Source of the DNA: the human T2T-CHM13v2.0 reference genome, Homo sapiens
DNA: 64,000 bases
NCBI RefSeq assembly: GCF_009914755.1
Contig: NC_060939.1
Direction: 5' to 3' (one strand)
In this document: piece by piece, positions 42,101 to 57,100 of the stretch
Layout: the number at the start of each line of letters is the position of its first letter
Numbering within the stretch: position 1 is the first letter of the stretch
The notes under the pieces: model-generated
The model's input: the letters and a program-made list of their open reading frames with translations, nothing else
Told to the model about the DNA's origin: nothing
Databases searched by the model: none
Translations under genes and position numbers: made by a program

Positions 42101-45100
42101 CCAATCCATTCGATTCCATTCCATTCGATTCCATTCCATACTATTGCATTCCATTCGATTACATTATATTCGAATAAGTTCCATTCAAGACCATTTCTTT
42201 TGAGTCCATTCTATTTGAGTCCATTCCCTTTGATTCCATAACATTTGAGTCCATTCAATTCCATTCCTTTCGTTTCCATTCCATTTGATGCCATTCCATT
42301 CAATTCTGTTCTACTCGACTCCAATACATTCAATTCCATTCCATCCGATTCCATTACATTCTTTTCATTTCTTATCCATTTCAAGCCATTCCACTCCATT
42401 CCATTCCACTCGTTTCCTTTCCATTCGAGTCCATTCCTCTCCAGTCCATTCCGTTCAATCCATTCCATTCCAGTCCATTCCATTCGAGTCCGTTCCATTC
42501 CAGTCCATTCCATTCGAGTCAATTCCATTCCATTCGATGTCTTTCCATAACGATCCATTCCATTCTATTCCTTTCGATTCCATTCCATTCTATTTCATTC
42601 CATTCGATTCCCTTCCATTGGACTCCTTTCCATTCGAGTGCATTCCATTCCGTTCCATTTCTTTCCGTTCTGTACGATTCCTACCGTTCGATTTCATTTT
42701 GTTCCAGTCCATTCCTTTCGCGTCCATTCCATTCCATTTCACTCCATTCGATTCCATTCCACTCGATTCCACTTCGTTCCATTTCATTGCATTCCATTCT
42801 ATTCAACTCTATTGCCTTCCATTCCATTCCATTCGATTACATTCCATGCGATTCCATTCGAAATCGAATCAATTACATTGCAATCCATTACTATTGAGTC
42901 CGTTTTATTCCAGTCCACTGCATTCTGGTCCATTCCATTTGATTCCATTCCATTCTATTCCATTCCATACAGTTGCATTCCATTGGATTCCATGCTATAT
43001 CTATAAATTCAATTCGAGACCATTGCTTTTGAGTCCATTCTATATGATTCCATTCCATTCAAATCCATTACATTTGGTTCAATTCCATTCCATTCCATTC
43101 CCTTCCATTCCATTCCATTTGATATCAATCCATTCGATTCCATTCCATTCGAGCACATTCCATTCGAGTCCATTCCATTCGATGCCATTCCATTTGATTC
43201 TATTCCATTAGTCTCCATTCAATTCCATTAATCTCCATTCCATTCCATTCTACTCCAACTGATTCCATTCCATTCTATTCCTTTCCATTCCATTTCATTC
43301 CATTCCATTCCATTTCATTCCATTCCATTCCATTCGTGTCCATTCCACTCCAGTCCATTCCATTCGTGTCCATTCCATTCCAGTCCATTCCATTTGTGTC
43401 CACTGCATTCCATTCCACTCCATTCCATATTATTCCTTTACACTCCATTCCATTCTATCACTTTCATTTCCATTCAATTCCATTCCATTTGATTCCATTC
43501 CACTCGGTTTCATTCCATTTGAGTCCACTCCATTCCATTCCATTGCATTCCATTCAGTTCCATTCCATTCCGTTCCATTACATTCCATTCCATTCGGTAC
43601 CATTCCATATTGTTCCATTCGATTCCATTCGAATCCATTCCATTCCAGTCCATTCCATTCGATTCCATTCCATTCATTTCAATTCCATTCCATTCCATTC
43701 CATTACATTCCACTTGATTCCTCTCCATTCCCTTCCACTGCATTCCGTTCGATTCCATTCCATTGCATTGCATTCCATTCCATTGGATTGCATTCCATTC
43801 GATTCCATTCCATTCGAATCAATTACATAGCAATCCATTACATTCGAGTCTATTCTCTTCCGTTCCATTCGATTTCGTTCCAATCCATTCGATTCCATTC
43901 CATTCGATTCCATTCCATACTATTGCATTCCATTCGATTACATTATATTCGAATAAGTTCCATTCAAGACCATTTCTTTTGAGTCCATTCTATTTGAGTC
44001 CATTCCCTTTGATTCCATAACATTTGAGTCCATTCAATTCCATTCCTTTCGTTTCCATTCCATTTGATGCCATTCCATTCAATTCTGTTCTACTCGACTC
44101 CAATACACTCAATTCCATTCCATCCGATTCCATTACATTCTTTTCATTTCTTATCCATTTCAAGCCATTCCACTCCATTCCATTCCACTCGTTTCCTTTC
44201 CATTCGAGTCCATTCCTCTCCAGTCCATTCCGTTCAATCCATTCCATTCCAGTCCATTCCATTCGAGTCCGTTCCATTCCAGTCCATTCCATTCGAGTCA
44301 ATTCCATCCCATTCGATGTCTTTCCATAACGATCCATTCCATTCTATTCCTTTCGATTCCATTCCATTCTATTTCATTCCATTCGATTCCCTTCCATTGG
44401 ACTCCTTTCCATTCGAGTGCATTCCATTCCTTTCCATTTCTTTCCGTTCTGTACGATTCCTACCGTTCGATTTCATTTTGTTCCAGTCCATTCCTTTCGC
44501 GTCCATTCCATTCCATTTCACTCCATTCGATTCCATTCCACTCGATTCCACTTCGTTCCATTTCATTGCATTCCATTCTATTCAACTCTATTGCCTTCCA
44601 TTCCATTCCATTCGATTACATTCCATGCGATTCCATTCGAAATCGAATCAATTACATTGCAATCCATTACTATTGAGTCCGTTTTATTCCAGTCCACTGC
44701 ATTCTGGTCCATTCCATTTGATTCCATTCCATTCTATTCCATTCCATACAGTTGCATTCCATTGGATTCCATGCTATATCTATAAATTCAATTCGAGACC
44801 ATTGCTTTTGAGTCCATTCTATATGATTCCATTCCATTCAAGTCCATTACATTTGGTTCAATTCCATTCCATTCCATTCCCTTCCATTCCATTCCATTTG
44901 ATATCAATCCATTCGATTCCATTCCATTCGAGCACATTCCATTCGAGTCCATTCCATTCGATGCCATTCCATTTCATTCTATTCCATTAGTCTCCATTCA
45001 ATTCCATTAATCTCCATTCCATTCCATTCTACTCCAACTGATTCCATTCCATTCTATTCCTTTCCATTCCATTTCATTCCATTCCATTCCATTTCATTCC

Positions 45101-48100
45101 ATTCCATTCCATTCGTGTCCATTCCACTCCAGTCCATTCCATTCGTGTCCATTCCATTCCAGTCCATTCCATTTGTGTCCACTGCATTCCATTCCACTCC
45201 ATTCCATATTATTCCATTACACTCCATTCCATTCTATTACTTTCATTTCCATTCAATTCCATTCCATTTGATTCCATTCCACTCGGTTTCATTCCATTTG
45301 AGTCCACTCCATTCCATTCCATTCCATTCCATTCAGTTCCATTCCATTCTGTTCCATTCCATTCCCTTCCATTACATTCCATTCCATTCGGTACCATTCC
45401 ATATTGTTCCATTCGATTCCATTCGAATCCATTCCATTCCAGTCCATTCCATTCGATTCCATTCCATTCATTTCAATTCCATTCCATTCCATTCCATTAC
45501 ATTCCACTTGATTCCTCTCCATTCCCTTCCACTGCATTCCGTTCGATTCCATTCCATTGCATTGCATTCCATTCCATTGGATTGCATTCCATTCGATTCC
45601 ATTCCATTCGAATCAATTACATAGCAATCCATTACATTCGAGTCTATTCTCTTCCGTTCCATTCGATTTCGTTCCAATCCATTCGATTCCATTCCATTCG
45701 ATTCCATTCCATGCTATTGCATTCCATTCTATTACATTATATTCGAATAAGTTCCATTCAAGACCATTTCTTTTGAGTCCATTCTATTTGAGTCCATTCC
45801 CTTTGATTCCATAACATTTGAGTCCATTCAATTCCATTCCTTTCGTTTCCATTCCATTTGATGCCATTCCATTCAATTCTGTTCTACTCGACTCCAATAC
45901 ATTCAATTCCATTCCATCCGATTCCATTACATTCTTTTCATTTCTTATCCATTTCAAGCCATTCCACTCCATTCCATTCCACTCGTTTCCTTTCCATTCG
46001 AGTCCATTCCTCTCCAGTCCATTCCGTTCAATCCATTCCATTCCAGTCCATTCCATTCGAGTCCGTTCCATTCCAGTCCATTCCATTCGAGTCAATTCCA
46101 TTCCATTCGATGTCTTTCCATAACGATCCATTCCATTCTATTCCTTTCGATTCCATTCCATTCTATTTCATTCCATTCGATTCCCTTCCATTGGACTCCT
46201 TTCCATTCGAGTGCATTCCATTCCGTTCCATTTCTTTCCGTTCTGTACGATTCCTACCGTTCGATTTCATTTTGTTCCAGTCCATTCCTTTCGCGTCCAT
46301 TCCATTCCATTTCACTCCATTCGATTCCATTCCACTCGATTCCACTTCGTTCCATTTCATTGCATTCCATTCTATTCAACTCTATTGCCTTCCATTCCAT
46401 TCCATTCGATTACATTCCATGCGATTCCATTCGAAATCGAATCAATTACATTGCAATCCATTACTATTGAGTCCGTTTTATTCCAGTCCACTGCATTCTG
46501 GTCCATTCCATTTGATTCCATTCCATTCTATTCCATTCCACACAGTTGCATTCCATTGGATTCCATGCTATATCTATAAATTCAATTCGAGACCATTGCT
46601 TTTGAGTCCATTCTATATGATTCCATTCCATTCAAGTCCATTACATTTGGTTCAATTCCATTCCATTCCATTCCCTTCCATTCCATTCCATTTGATATCA
46701 ATCCATTCGATTCCATTCCATTCGAGCACATTCCATTCGAGTCCATTCCATTCGATGCCATTCCATTTGATTCTATTCCATTAGTCTCCATTCAATTCCA
46801 TTAATCTCCATTCCATTCCATTCTATTCCAACTGATTCTATTCCATTCTATTCCTTTCCATTCCATTTCATTCCATTCCATTCCATTTCATTCCATTCCA
46901 TTCCATTCGTGTCCATTCCACTCCAGTCCATTCCATTCGTGTCCATTCCATTCCAGTCCATTCCATTTGTGTCCACTGCATTCCATTCCACTCCATTCCA
47001 TATTATTCCATTACACTCCATTCCATTCTATTACTTTCATTTCCATTCAATTCCATTCCATTTGATTCCATTCCACTCGGTTTCATTCCATTTGAGTCCA
47101 CTCCATTCCATTCCATTCCATTCAGTTCCATTCCATTCTGTTCCATTCCATTCCGTTCCATTATATTCCATTCCATTCGGTACCATTCCATATTGTTCCA
47201 TTCGATTCCATTCGAATCCATTCCATTCCAGTCCATTCCATTCGATTCCATTCCATTCATTTCAATTCCATTCCATTCCATTCCATTACATTCCACTTGA
47301 TTCCTCTCCATTCCCTTCCACTGCATTCCGTTCGATTCCATTCCATTGCATTGCATTCCATTCCATTGGATTGCATTCCATTCGATTCCATTCCATTCGA
47401 ATCAATTACATAGCAATCCATTACATTCGAGTCTATTCTATTCCGTTCCATTCGATTTCGTTCCAATCCATTCGATTCCATTCCATTCGATTCCATTCCA
47501 TACTATTGCATTCCATTCGATTACATTATATTCGAATAAGTTCCATTCAAGACCATTTCTTTTGAGTCCATTCTATTTGAGTCCATTCCCTTTGATTCCA
47601 TAACATTTGAGTCCATTCAATTCCATTCCTTTCGTTTCCATTCCATTTGATGCCATTCCATTCAATTCTGTTCTACTCGACTCCAATACATTCAATTCCA
47701 TTCCATCCGATTCCATTACATTCTTTTCATTTCTTATCCATTTCAAGCCATTCCACTCCATTCCATTCCACTCGTTTCCTTTCCATTCGAGTCCATTCCT
47801 CTCCAGTCCATTCCGTTCAATCCATTCCATTCCAGTCCATTCCATTCGAGTCCGTTCCATTCCAGTCCATTCCATTCGAGTCAATTCCATTCCATTCGAT
47901 GTCTTTCCATAACGATCCATTCCATTCTATTCCTTTCGATTCCATTCCATTCTATTTCATTCCATTCGATTCCCTTCCATTGGACTCCTTTCCATTCGAG
48001 TGCATTCCATTCCGTTCCATTTCTTTCCGTTCTGTACGATTCCTACCGTTCGATTTCATTTTGTTCCAGTCCATTCCTTTCGCGTCCATTCCATTCCATT

Positions 48101-51100
48101 TCACTCCATTCGATTCCATTCCACTCGATTCCACTTCGTTCCATTTCATTGCATTCCATTCTATTCAACTCTATTGCCTTCCATTCCATTCCATTCGATT
48201 ACATTCCATGCGATTCCATTCGAAATCGAATCAATTACATTGCAATCCATTACTATTGAGTCCGTTTTATTCCAGTCCACTGCATTCTGGTCCATTCCAT
48301 TTGATTCCATTCCATTCTATTCCATTCCATACAGTTGCATTCCATTGGATTCCATGCTATATCTATAAATTCAATTCGAGACCATTGCTTTTGAGTCCAT
48401 TCTATATGATTCCATTCCATTCAAATCCATTACATTTGGTTCAATTCCATTCCATTCCATTCCCTTCCATTCCATTCCATTTGATATCAATCCATTCGAT
48501 TCCATTCCATTCGAGCACATTCCATTCGAGTCCATTCCATTCGATGCCATTCCATTTGATTCTATTCCATTAGTCTCCATTCAATTCCATTAATCTCCAT
48601 TCCATTCCATTCTACTCCAACTGATTCCATTCCATTCTATTCCTTTCCATTCCATTTCATTCCATTCCATTCCATTTCATTCCATTCCATTCCATTCGTG
48701 TCCATTCCACTCCAGTCCATTCCATTCGTGTCCATTCCATTCCAGTCCATTCCATTTGTGTCCACTGCATTCCATTCCACTCCATTCCATATTATTCCTT
48801 TACACTCCATTCCATTCTATCACTTTCATTTCCATTCAATTCCATTCCATTTGATTCCATTCCACTCGGTTTCATTCCATTTGAGTCCACTCCATTCCAT
48901 TCCATTGCATTCCATTCAGTTCCATTCCATTCTGTTCCATTCCATTCCGTTCCATTACATTCCATTCCATTCGGTACCATTCCATATTGTTCCATTCGAT
49001 TCCATTCGAATCCATTCCATTCCAGTCCATTCCATTCGATTCCATTCCATTCATTTCAATTCCATTCCATTCCATTCCATTACATTCCACTTGATTCCTC
49101 TCCATTCTCTTCCACTGCATTCCGTTCGATTCCATTCCATTGCATTGCATTCTATTCCATTGGATTGCATTCCATTCGATTCCATTCCATTCGAATCAAT
49201 TACATAGCAATCCATTACATTCGAGTCTATTCTCTTCCGTTCCATTCGATTTCGTTCCAATCCATTCGATTCCATTCCATTCGATTCCATTCCATACTAT
49301 TGCATTCCATTCGATTACATTATATTCGAATAAGTTCCATTCAAGACCATTTCTTTTGAGTCCATTCTATTTGAGTCCATTCCCTTTGATTCCATAACAT
49401 TTGAGTCCATTCAATTCCATTCCTTTCGTTTCCATTCCATTTGATGCCATTCCATTCAATTCTGTTCTACTCGACTCCAATACACTCAATTCCATTCCAT
49501 CCGATTCCATTACATTCTTTTCATTTCTTATCCATTTCAAGCCATTCCACTCCATTCCATTCCACTCGTTTCCTTTCCATTCGAGTCCATTCCTCTCCAG
49601 TCCATTCCGTTCAATCCATTCCATTCCAGTCCATTCCATTCGAGTCCGTTCCATTCCAGTCCATTCCATTCGAGTCAATTCCATTCCATTCGATGTCTTT
49701 CCATAACGATCCATTCCATTCTATTCCTTTCGATTCCATTCCATTCTATTTCATTCCATTCGATTCCCTTCCATTGGACTCCTTTCCATTCGAGTGCATT
49801 CCATTCCTTTCCATTTCTTTCCGTTCTGTACGATTCCTACCGTTCGATTTCATTTTGTTCCAGTCCATTCCTTTCGCGTCCATTCCATTCCATTTCACTC
49901 CATTCGATTCCATTCCACTCGATTCCACTTCGTTCCATTTCATTGCATTCCATTCTATTCAACTCTATTGCCTTCCATTCCATTCCATTCGATTACATTC
50001 CATGCGATTCCATTCGAAATCGAATCAATTACATTGCAATCCATTACTATTGAGTCCGTTTTATTCCAGTCCACTGCATTCTGGTCCATTCCATTTGATT
50101 CCATTCCATTCTATTCCATTCCATACAGTTGCATTCCATTGGATTCCATGCTATATCTATAAATTCAATTCGAGACCATTGCTTTTGAGTCCATTCTATA
50201 TGATTCCATTCCATTCAAGTCCATTACATTTGGTTCAATTCCATTCCATTCCATTCCCTTCCATTCCATTCCATTTGATATCAATCCATTCGATTCCATT
50301 CCATTCGAGCACATTCCATTCGAGTCCATTCCATTCGATGCCATTCCATTTGATTCTATGCCATTAGTCTCCATTCAATTCCATTAATCTCCATTCCATT
50401 CCATTCTACTCCAACTGATTCCATTCCATTCTATTCCTTTCCATTCCATTTCATTCCATTCCATTCCATTTCATTCCATTCCATTCCATTCGTGTCCATT
50501 CCACTCCAGTCCATTCCATTCGTGTCCATTCCATTCCAGTCCATTCCATTTGTGTCCACTGCATTCCATTCCACTCCATTCCATATTATTCCATTACACT
50601 CCATTCCATTCTATCACTTTCATTTCCATTCAATTCCATTCCATTTGATTCCATTCCACTCGGTTTCATTCCATTTGAGTCCACTCCATTCCATTCCATT
50701 GCATTCCATTCAGTTCCATTCCATTCTGTTCCATTCCATTCCGTTCCATTACATTCCATTCCATTCGGTACCATTCCATATTGTTCCATTCGATTCCATT
50801 CGAATCCATTCCATTCCAGTCCATTCCATTCGATTCCATTCCATTCATTTCAATTCCATTCCATTCCATTCCATTACATTCCACTTGATTCCTCTCCATT
50901 CCCTTCCACTGCATTCCGTTCGATTCCATTCCATTGCATTGCATTCCATTCCATTGGATTGCATTCCATTCGATTCCATTCCATTCGAATCAATTACATA
51001 GCAATCCATTACATTCGAGTCTATTCTATTCCGTTCCATTCGATTTCGTTCCAATCCATTCGATTCCATTCCATTCGATTCCATTCCATACTATTGCATT

Positions 51101-54100
51101 CCATTCGATTACATTATATTCGAATAAGTTCCATTCAAGACCATTTCTTTTGAGTCCATTCTATTTGAGTCCATTCCCTTTGATTCCATAACATTTGAGT
51201 CCATTCAATTCCATTCCTTTCGTTTCCATTCCATTTGATGCCATTCCATTCAATTCTGTTCTACTCGACTCCAATACACTCAATTCCATTCCATCCGATT
51301 CCATTACATTCTTTTCATTTCTTATCCATTTCAAGCCATTCCACTCCATTCCATTCCACTCGTTTCCTTTCCATTCGAGTCCATTCCTCTCCAGTCCATT
51401 CCGTTCAATCCATTCCATTCCAGTCCATTCCATTCGAGTCCGTTCCATTCCAGTCCATTCCATTCGAGTCAATTCCATTCCATTCGATGTCTTTCCATAA
51501 CGATCCATTCCATTCTATTCCTTTCGATTCCATTCCATTCTATTTCATTCCATTCGATTCCCTTCCATTGGACTCCTTTCCATTCGAGTGCATTCCATTC
51601 CTTTCCATTTCTTTCCGTTCTGTACGATTCCTACCGTTCGATTTCATTTTGTTCCAGTCCATTCCTTTCGCGTCCATTCCATTCCATTTCACTCCATTCG
51701 ATTCCATTCCACTCGATTCCACTTCGTTCCATTTCATTGCATTCCATTCTATTCAACTCTATTGCCTTCCATTCCATTCCATTCGATTACATTCCATGCG
51801 ATTCCATTCGAAATCGAATCAATTACATTGCAATCCATTACTATTGAGTCCGTTTTATTCCAGTCCACTGCATTCTGGTCCATTCCATTTGATTCCATTC
51901 CATTCTATTCCATTCCATACAGTTGCATTCCATTGGATTCCATGCTATATCTATAAATTCAATTCGAGACCATTGCTTTTGAGTCCATTCTATATGATTC
52001 CATTCCATTCAAGTCCATTACATTTGGTTCAATTCCATTCCATTCCATTCCCTTCCATTCCATTCCATTTGATATCAATCCATTCGATTCCATTCCATTC
52101 GAGCACATTCCATTCGAGTCCATTCCATTCGATGCCATTCCATTTGATTCTATTCCATTAGTCTCCATTCAATTCCATTAATCTCCATTCCATTCCATTC
52201 TACTCCAACTGATTCCATTCCATTCTATTCCTTTCCATTCCATTTCATTCCATTCCATTCCATTTCATTCCATTCCATTCCATTCGTGTCCATTCCACTC
52301 CAGTCCATTCCATTCGTGTCCATTCCATTCCAGTCCATTCCATTTGTGTCCACTGCATTCCATTCCACTCCATTCCATATTATTCCATTACACTCCATTC
52401 CATTCTATCTCTTTCATTTCCATTCAATTCCATTCCATTTGATTCCATTCCACTCGGTTTCATTCCATTTCAGTCCACTCCATTCCATTCCATTGCATTC
52501 CATTCAGTTCCATTCCATTCTGTTCCATTCCATTCCGTTCCATTACATTCCATTCCATTCGGTACCATTCCATATTGTTCCATTCGATTCCATTCGAATC
52601 CATTCCATTCCAGTCCATTCCATTCGATTCCATTCCATTCATTTCAATTCCATTCCATTCCATTCCATTACATTCCACTTGATTCCTCTCCATTCCCTTC
52701 CACTGCATTCTGTTCGATTCCATTCCATTGCATTGCATTCCATTCCATTGGATTGCATTCCATTCGATTCCATTCCATTCGAATCAATTACATAGCAATC
52801 CATTACATTCGAGTCTATTCTATTCCGTTCCATTCGATTTCGTTCCAATCCATTCGATTCCATTCCATTCGATTCCATTCCATACTATTGCATTCCATTC
52901 GATTACATTATATTCGAATAAGTTCCATTCAAGACCATTTCTTTTGAGTCCATTCTATTTGAGTCCATTCCCTTTGATTCCATAACATTTGAGTCCATTC
53001 AATTCCATTCCTTTCGTTTCCATTCCATTTGATGCCATTCCATTCAATTCTGTTCTACTCGACTCCAATACACTCAATTCCATTCCATCCGATTCCATTA
53101 CATTCTTTTCATTTCTCATCCATTTCAAGCCATTCCACTCCATTCCATTCCACTCGTTTCCTTTCCATTCGAGTCCATTCCTCTCCAGTCCATTCCGTTC
53201 AATCCATTCCATTCCAGTCCATTCCATTCGAGTCCGTTCCATTCCAGTCCATTCCATTCGAGTCAATTCCATTCCATTCGATGTCTTTCCATAACGATCC
53301 ATTCCATTCTATTCCTTTCGATTCCATTCCATTCTATTTCATTCCATTCGATTCCCTTCCATTGGACTCCTTTCCATTCGAGTGCATTCCATTCCTTTCC
53401 ATTTCTTTCCGTTCTGTACGATTCCTACCGTTCGATTTCATTTTGTTCCAGTCCATTCCTTTCGCGTCCATTCCATTCCATTTCACTCCATTCGATTCCA
53501 TTCCACTCGATTCCACTTCGTTCCATTTCATTGCATTCCATTCTATTCAACTCTATTGCCTTCCATTCCATTCCATTCGATTACATTCCATGCGATTCCA
53601 TTCGAAATCGAATCAATTACATTGCAATCCATTACTATTGAGTCCGTTTTATTCCAGTCCACTGCATTCTGGTCCATTCCATTTGATTCCATTCCATTCT
53701 ATTCCATTCCATACAGTTGCATTCCATTGGATTCCATGCTATATCTATAAATTCAATTCGAGACCATTGCTTTTGAGTCCATTCTGTATGATTCCATTCC
53801 ATTCAAGTCCATTACATTTGGTTCAATTCCATTCCATTCCATTCCCTTCCATTCCATTCCATTTGATATCAATCCATTCGATTCCATTCCATTCGAGCAC
53901 ATTCCATTCGAGTCCATTCCATTCGATGCCATTCCATTTCATTCTATTCCATTAGTCTCCATTCAATTCCATTAATCTCCATTCCATTCCATTCTACTCC
54001 AACTGATTCCATTCCATTCTATTCCTTTCCATTCCATTTCATTCCATTCCATTCCATTTCATTCCATTCCATTCCATTCGTGTCCATTCCACTCCAGTCC

Positions 54101-57100
54101 ATTCCATTCGTGTCCATTCCATTCCAGTCCATTCCATTTGTGTCCACTGCATTCCATTCCACTCCATTCCATATTATTCCATTACACTCCATTCCATTCT
54201 ATTACTTTCATTTCCATTCAATTCCATTCCATTTGATTCCATTCCACTCGGTTTCATTCCATTTGAGTCCACTCCATTCCATTCCATTCCATTCCATTCA
54301 GTTCCATTCCATTCTGTTCCATTCCATTCCGTTCCATTACATTCCATTCCATTCGGTACCATTCCATATTGTTCCATTCGATTCCATTCGAATCCATTCC
54401 ATTCCAGTCCATTCCATTCGATTCCATTCCATTCATTTCAATTTCATTCCATTCCATTCCATTACATTCCACTTGATTCCTCTCCATTCCCTTCCACTGC
54501 ATTCCGTTCGATTCCATTCCATTGCATTGCATTCCATTCCATTGGATTGCATTCCATTCGATTCCATTCCATTCGAATCAATTACATAGCAATCCATTAC
54601 ATTCGAGTCTATTCTCTTTCGTTCCATTCGATTTCGTTCCAATCCATTCGATTCCATTCCATTCGATTCCATTCCATACTATTGCATTCCATTCGATTAC
54701 ATTATCTTCGAATAAGTTCCATTCAAGACCATTTCTTTTGAGTCCATTCTATTTGAGTCCATTCCCTTTGATTCCATAACATTTGAGTCCATTCAATTCC
54801 ATTCCTTTCGTTTCCATTCCATTTGATGCCATTCCATTCAATTCTGTTCTACTCGACTCCAATACATTCAATTCCATTCCATCCGATTCCATTACATTCT
54901 TTTCATTTCTTATCCATTTCAAGCCATTCCACTCCATTCCATTCCACTCGTTTCCTTTCCATTCGAGTCCATTCCTCTCCAGTCCATTCCGTTCAATCCA
55001 TTCCATTCCAGTCCATTCCATTCGAGTCCGTTCCATTCCAGTCCATTCCATTCGAGTCAATTCCATTCCATTCGATGTCTTTCCATAACGATCCATTCCA
55101 TTCTATTCCTTTCGATTCCATTCCATTCTATTTCATTCCATTCGATTCCCTTCCATTGGACTCCTTTCCATTCGAGTGCATTCCATTCCGTTCCATTTCT
55201 TTCCGTTCTGTACGATTCCTACCGTTCGATTTCATTTTGTTCCAGTCCATTCCTTTCGCGTCCATTCCATTCCATTTCACTCCATTCGATTCCATTCCAC
55301 TCGATTCCACTTCGTTCCATTTCATTGCATTCCATTCTATTCAACTCTATTGCCTTCCATTCCATTCCATTCGATTACATTCCATGCAATTCCATTCGAA
55401 ATCGAATCAATTACATTGCAATCCATTACTATTGAGTCCGTTTTATTCCAGTCCACTGCATTCTGGTCCATTCCATTTGATTCCATTCCATTCTATTCCA
55501 TTCCATACAGTTGCATTCCATTGGATTCCATGCTATATCTATAAATTCAATTCGAGACCATTGCTTTTGAGTCCATTCTATATGATTCCATTCCATTCAA
55601 GTCCATTACATTTGGTTCAATTCCATTCCATTCCATTCCCTTCCATTCCATTCCATTTGATATCAATCCATTCGCTTCCATTCCATTCGAGCACATTCCA
55701 TTCGAGTCCATTCCATTCGATGCCATTCCATTTGATTCTATTCCATTAGTCTCCATTCAATTCCATTAATCTCCATTCCATTCCATTCTACTCCAACTGA
55801 TTCCATTCCATTCTATTCCTTTCCATTCCATTTCATTCCATTCCATTCCATTTCATTCCATTCCATTCCATTCGTGTCCATTCCACTCCAGTCCATTCCA
55901 TTCGTGTCCATTCCATTCCAGTCCATTCCATTTGTGTCCACTGCATTCCATTCCACTCCATTCCATATTATTCCATTACACTCCATTCCATTCTATTACT
56001 TTCATTTCCATTCAATTCCATTCCATTTGATTCCATTCCACTCGGTTTCATTCCATTTGAGTCCACTCCATTCCATTCCATTCCATTCCATTCAGTTCCA
56101 TTCCATTCTGTTCCATTCCATTCCGTTCCATTACATTCCATTCTATTCGGTACCATTCCATATTGTTCCATTCGATTCCATTCGAATCCATTCCATTCCA
56201 GTCCATTCCATTCGATTCCATTCCATTCATTTCAATTCCATTCCATTCCATTCCATTACATTCCACTTGATTCCTCTCCATTCCCTTCCACTGCATTCCG
56301 TTCGATTCCATTCCATTGCATTGCATTCCATTCCATTGGATTGCATTCCATTCGATTCCATTCCATTCGAATCAATTACATAGCAATCCATTACATTCGA
56401 GTCTATTCTCTTCCGTTCCATTCGATTTCGTTCCAATCCATTCGATTCCATTCCATTCGATTCCATTCCATACTATTGCATTCCATTCGATTACATTATA
56501 TTCGAATAAGTTCCATTCAAGACCATTTCTTTTGAGTCCATTCTATTTGAGTCCATTCCCTTTGATTCCATAACATTTGAGTCCATTCAATTCCATTCCT
56601 TTCGTTTCCATTCCATTTGATGCCATTCCATTCAATTCTGTTCTACTCGACTCCAATACATTCAATTCCATTCCATCCGATTCCATTACATTCTTTTCAT
56701 TTCTTATCCATTTCAAGCCATTCCACTCCATTCCATTCCACTCGTTTCCTTTCCATTCGAGTCCATTCCTCTCCAGTCCATTCCGTTCAATCCATTCCAT
56801 TCCAGTCCATTCCATTCGAGTCCGTTCCATTCCAGTCCATTCCATTCGAGTCAATTCCATTCCATTCGATGTCTTTCCATAACGATCCATTCCATTCTAT
56901 TCCTTTCGATTCCATTCCATTCTATTTCATTCCATTCGATTCCCTTCCATTGGACTCCTTTCCATTCGAGTGCATTCCATTCCGTTCCATTTATTTCCGT
57001 TCTGTACGATTCCTACCGTTCGATTTCATTTTGTTCCAGTCCATTCCTTTCGCGTCCATTCCATTCCATTTCACTCCATTCGATTCCATTCCACTCGATT

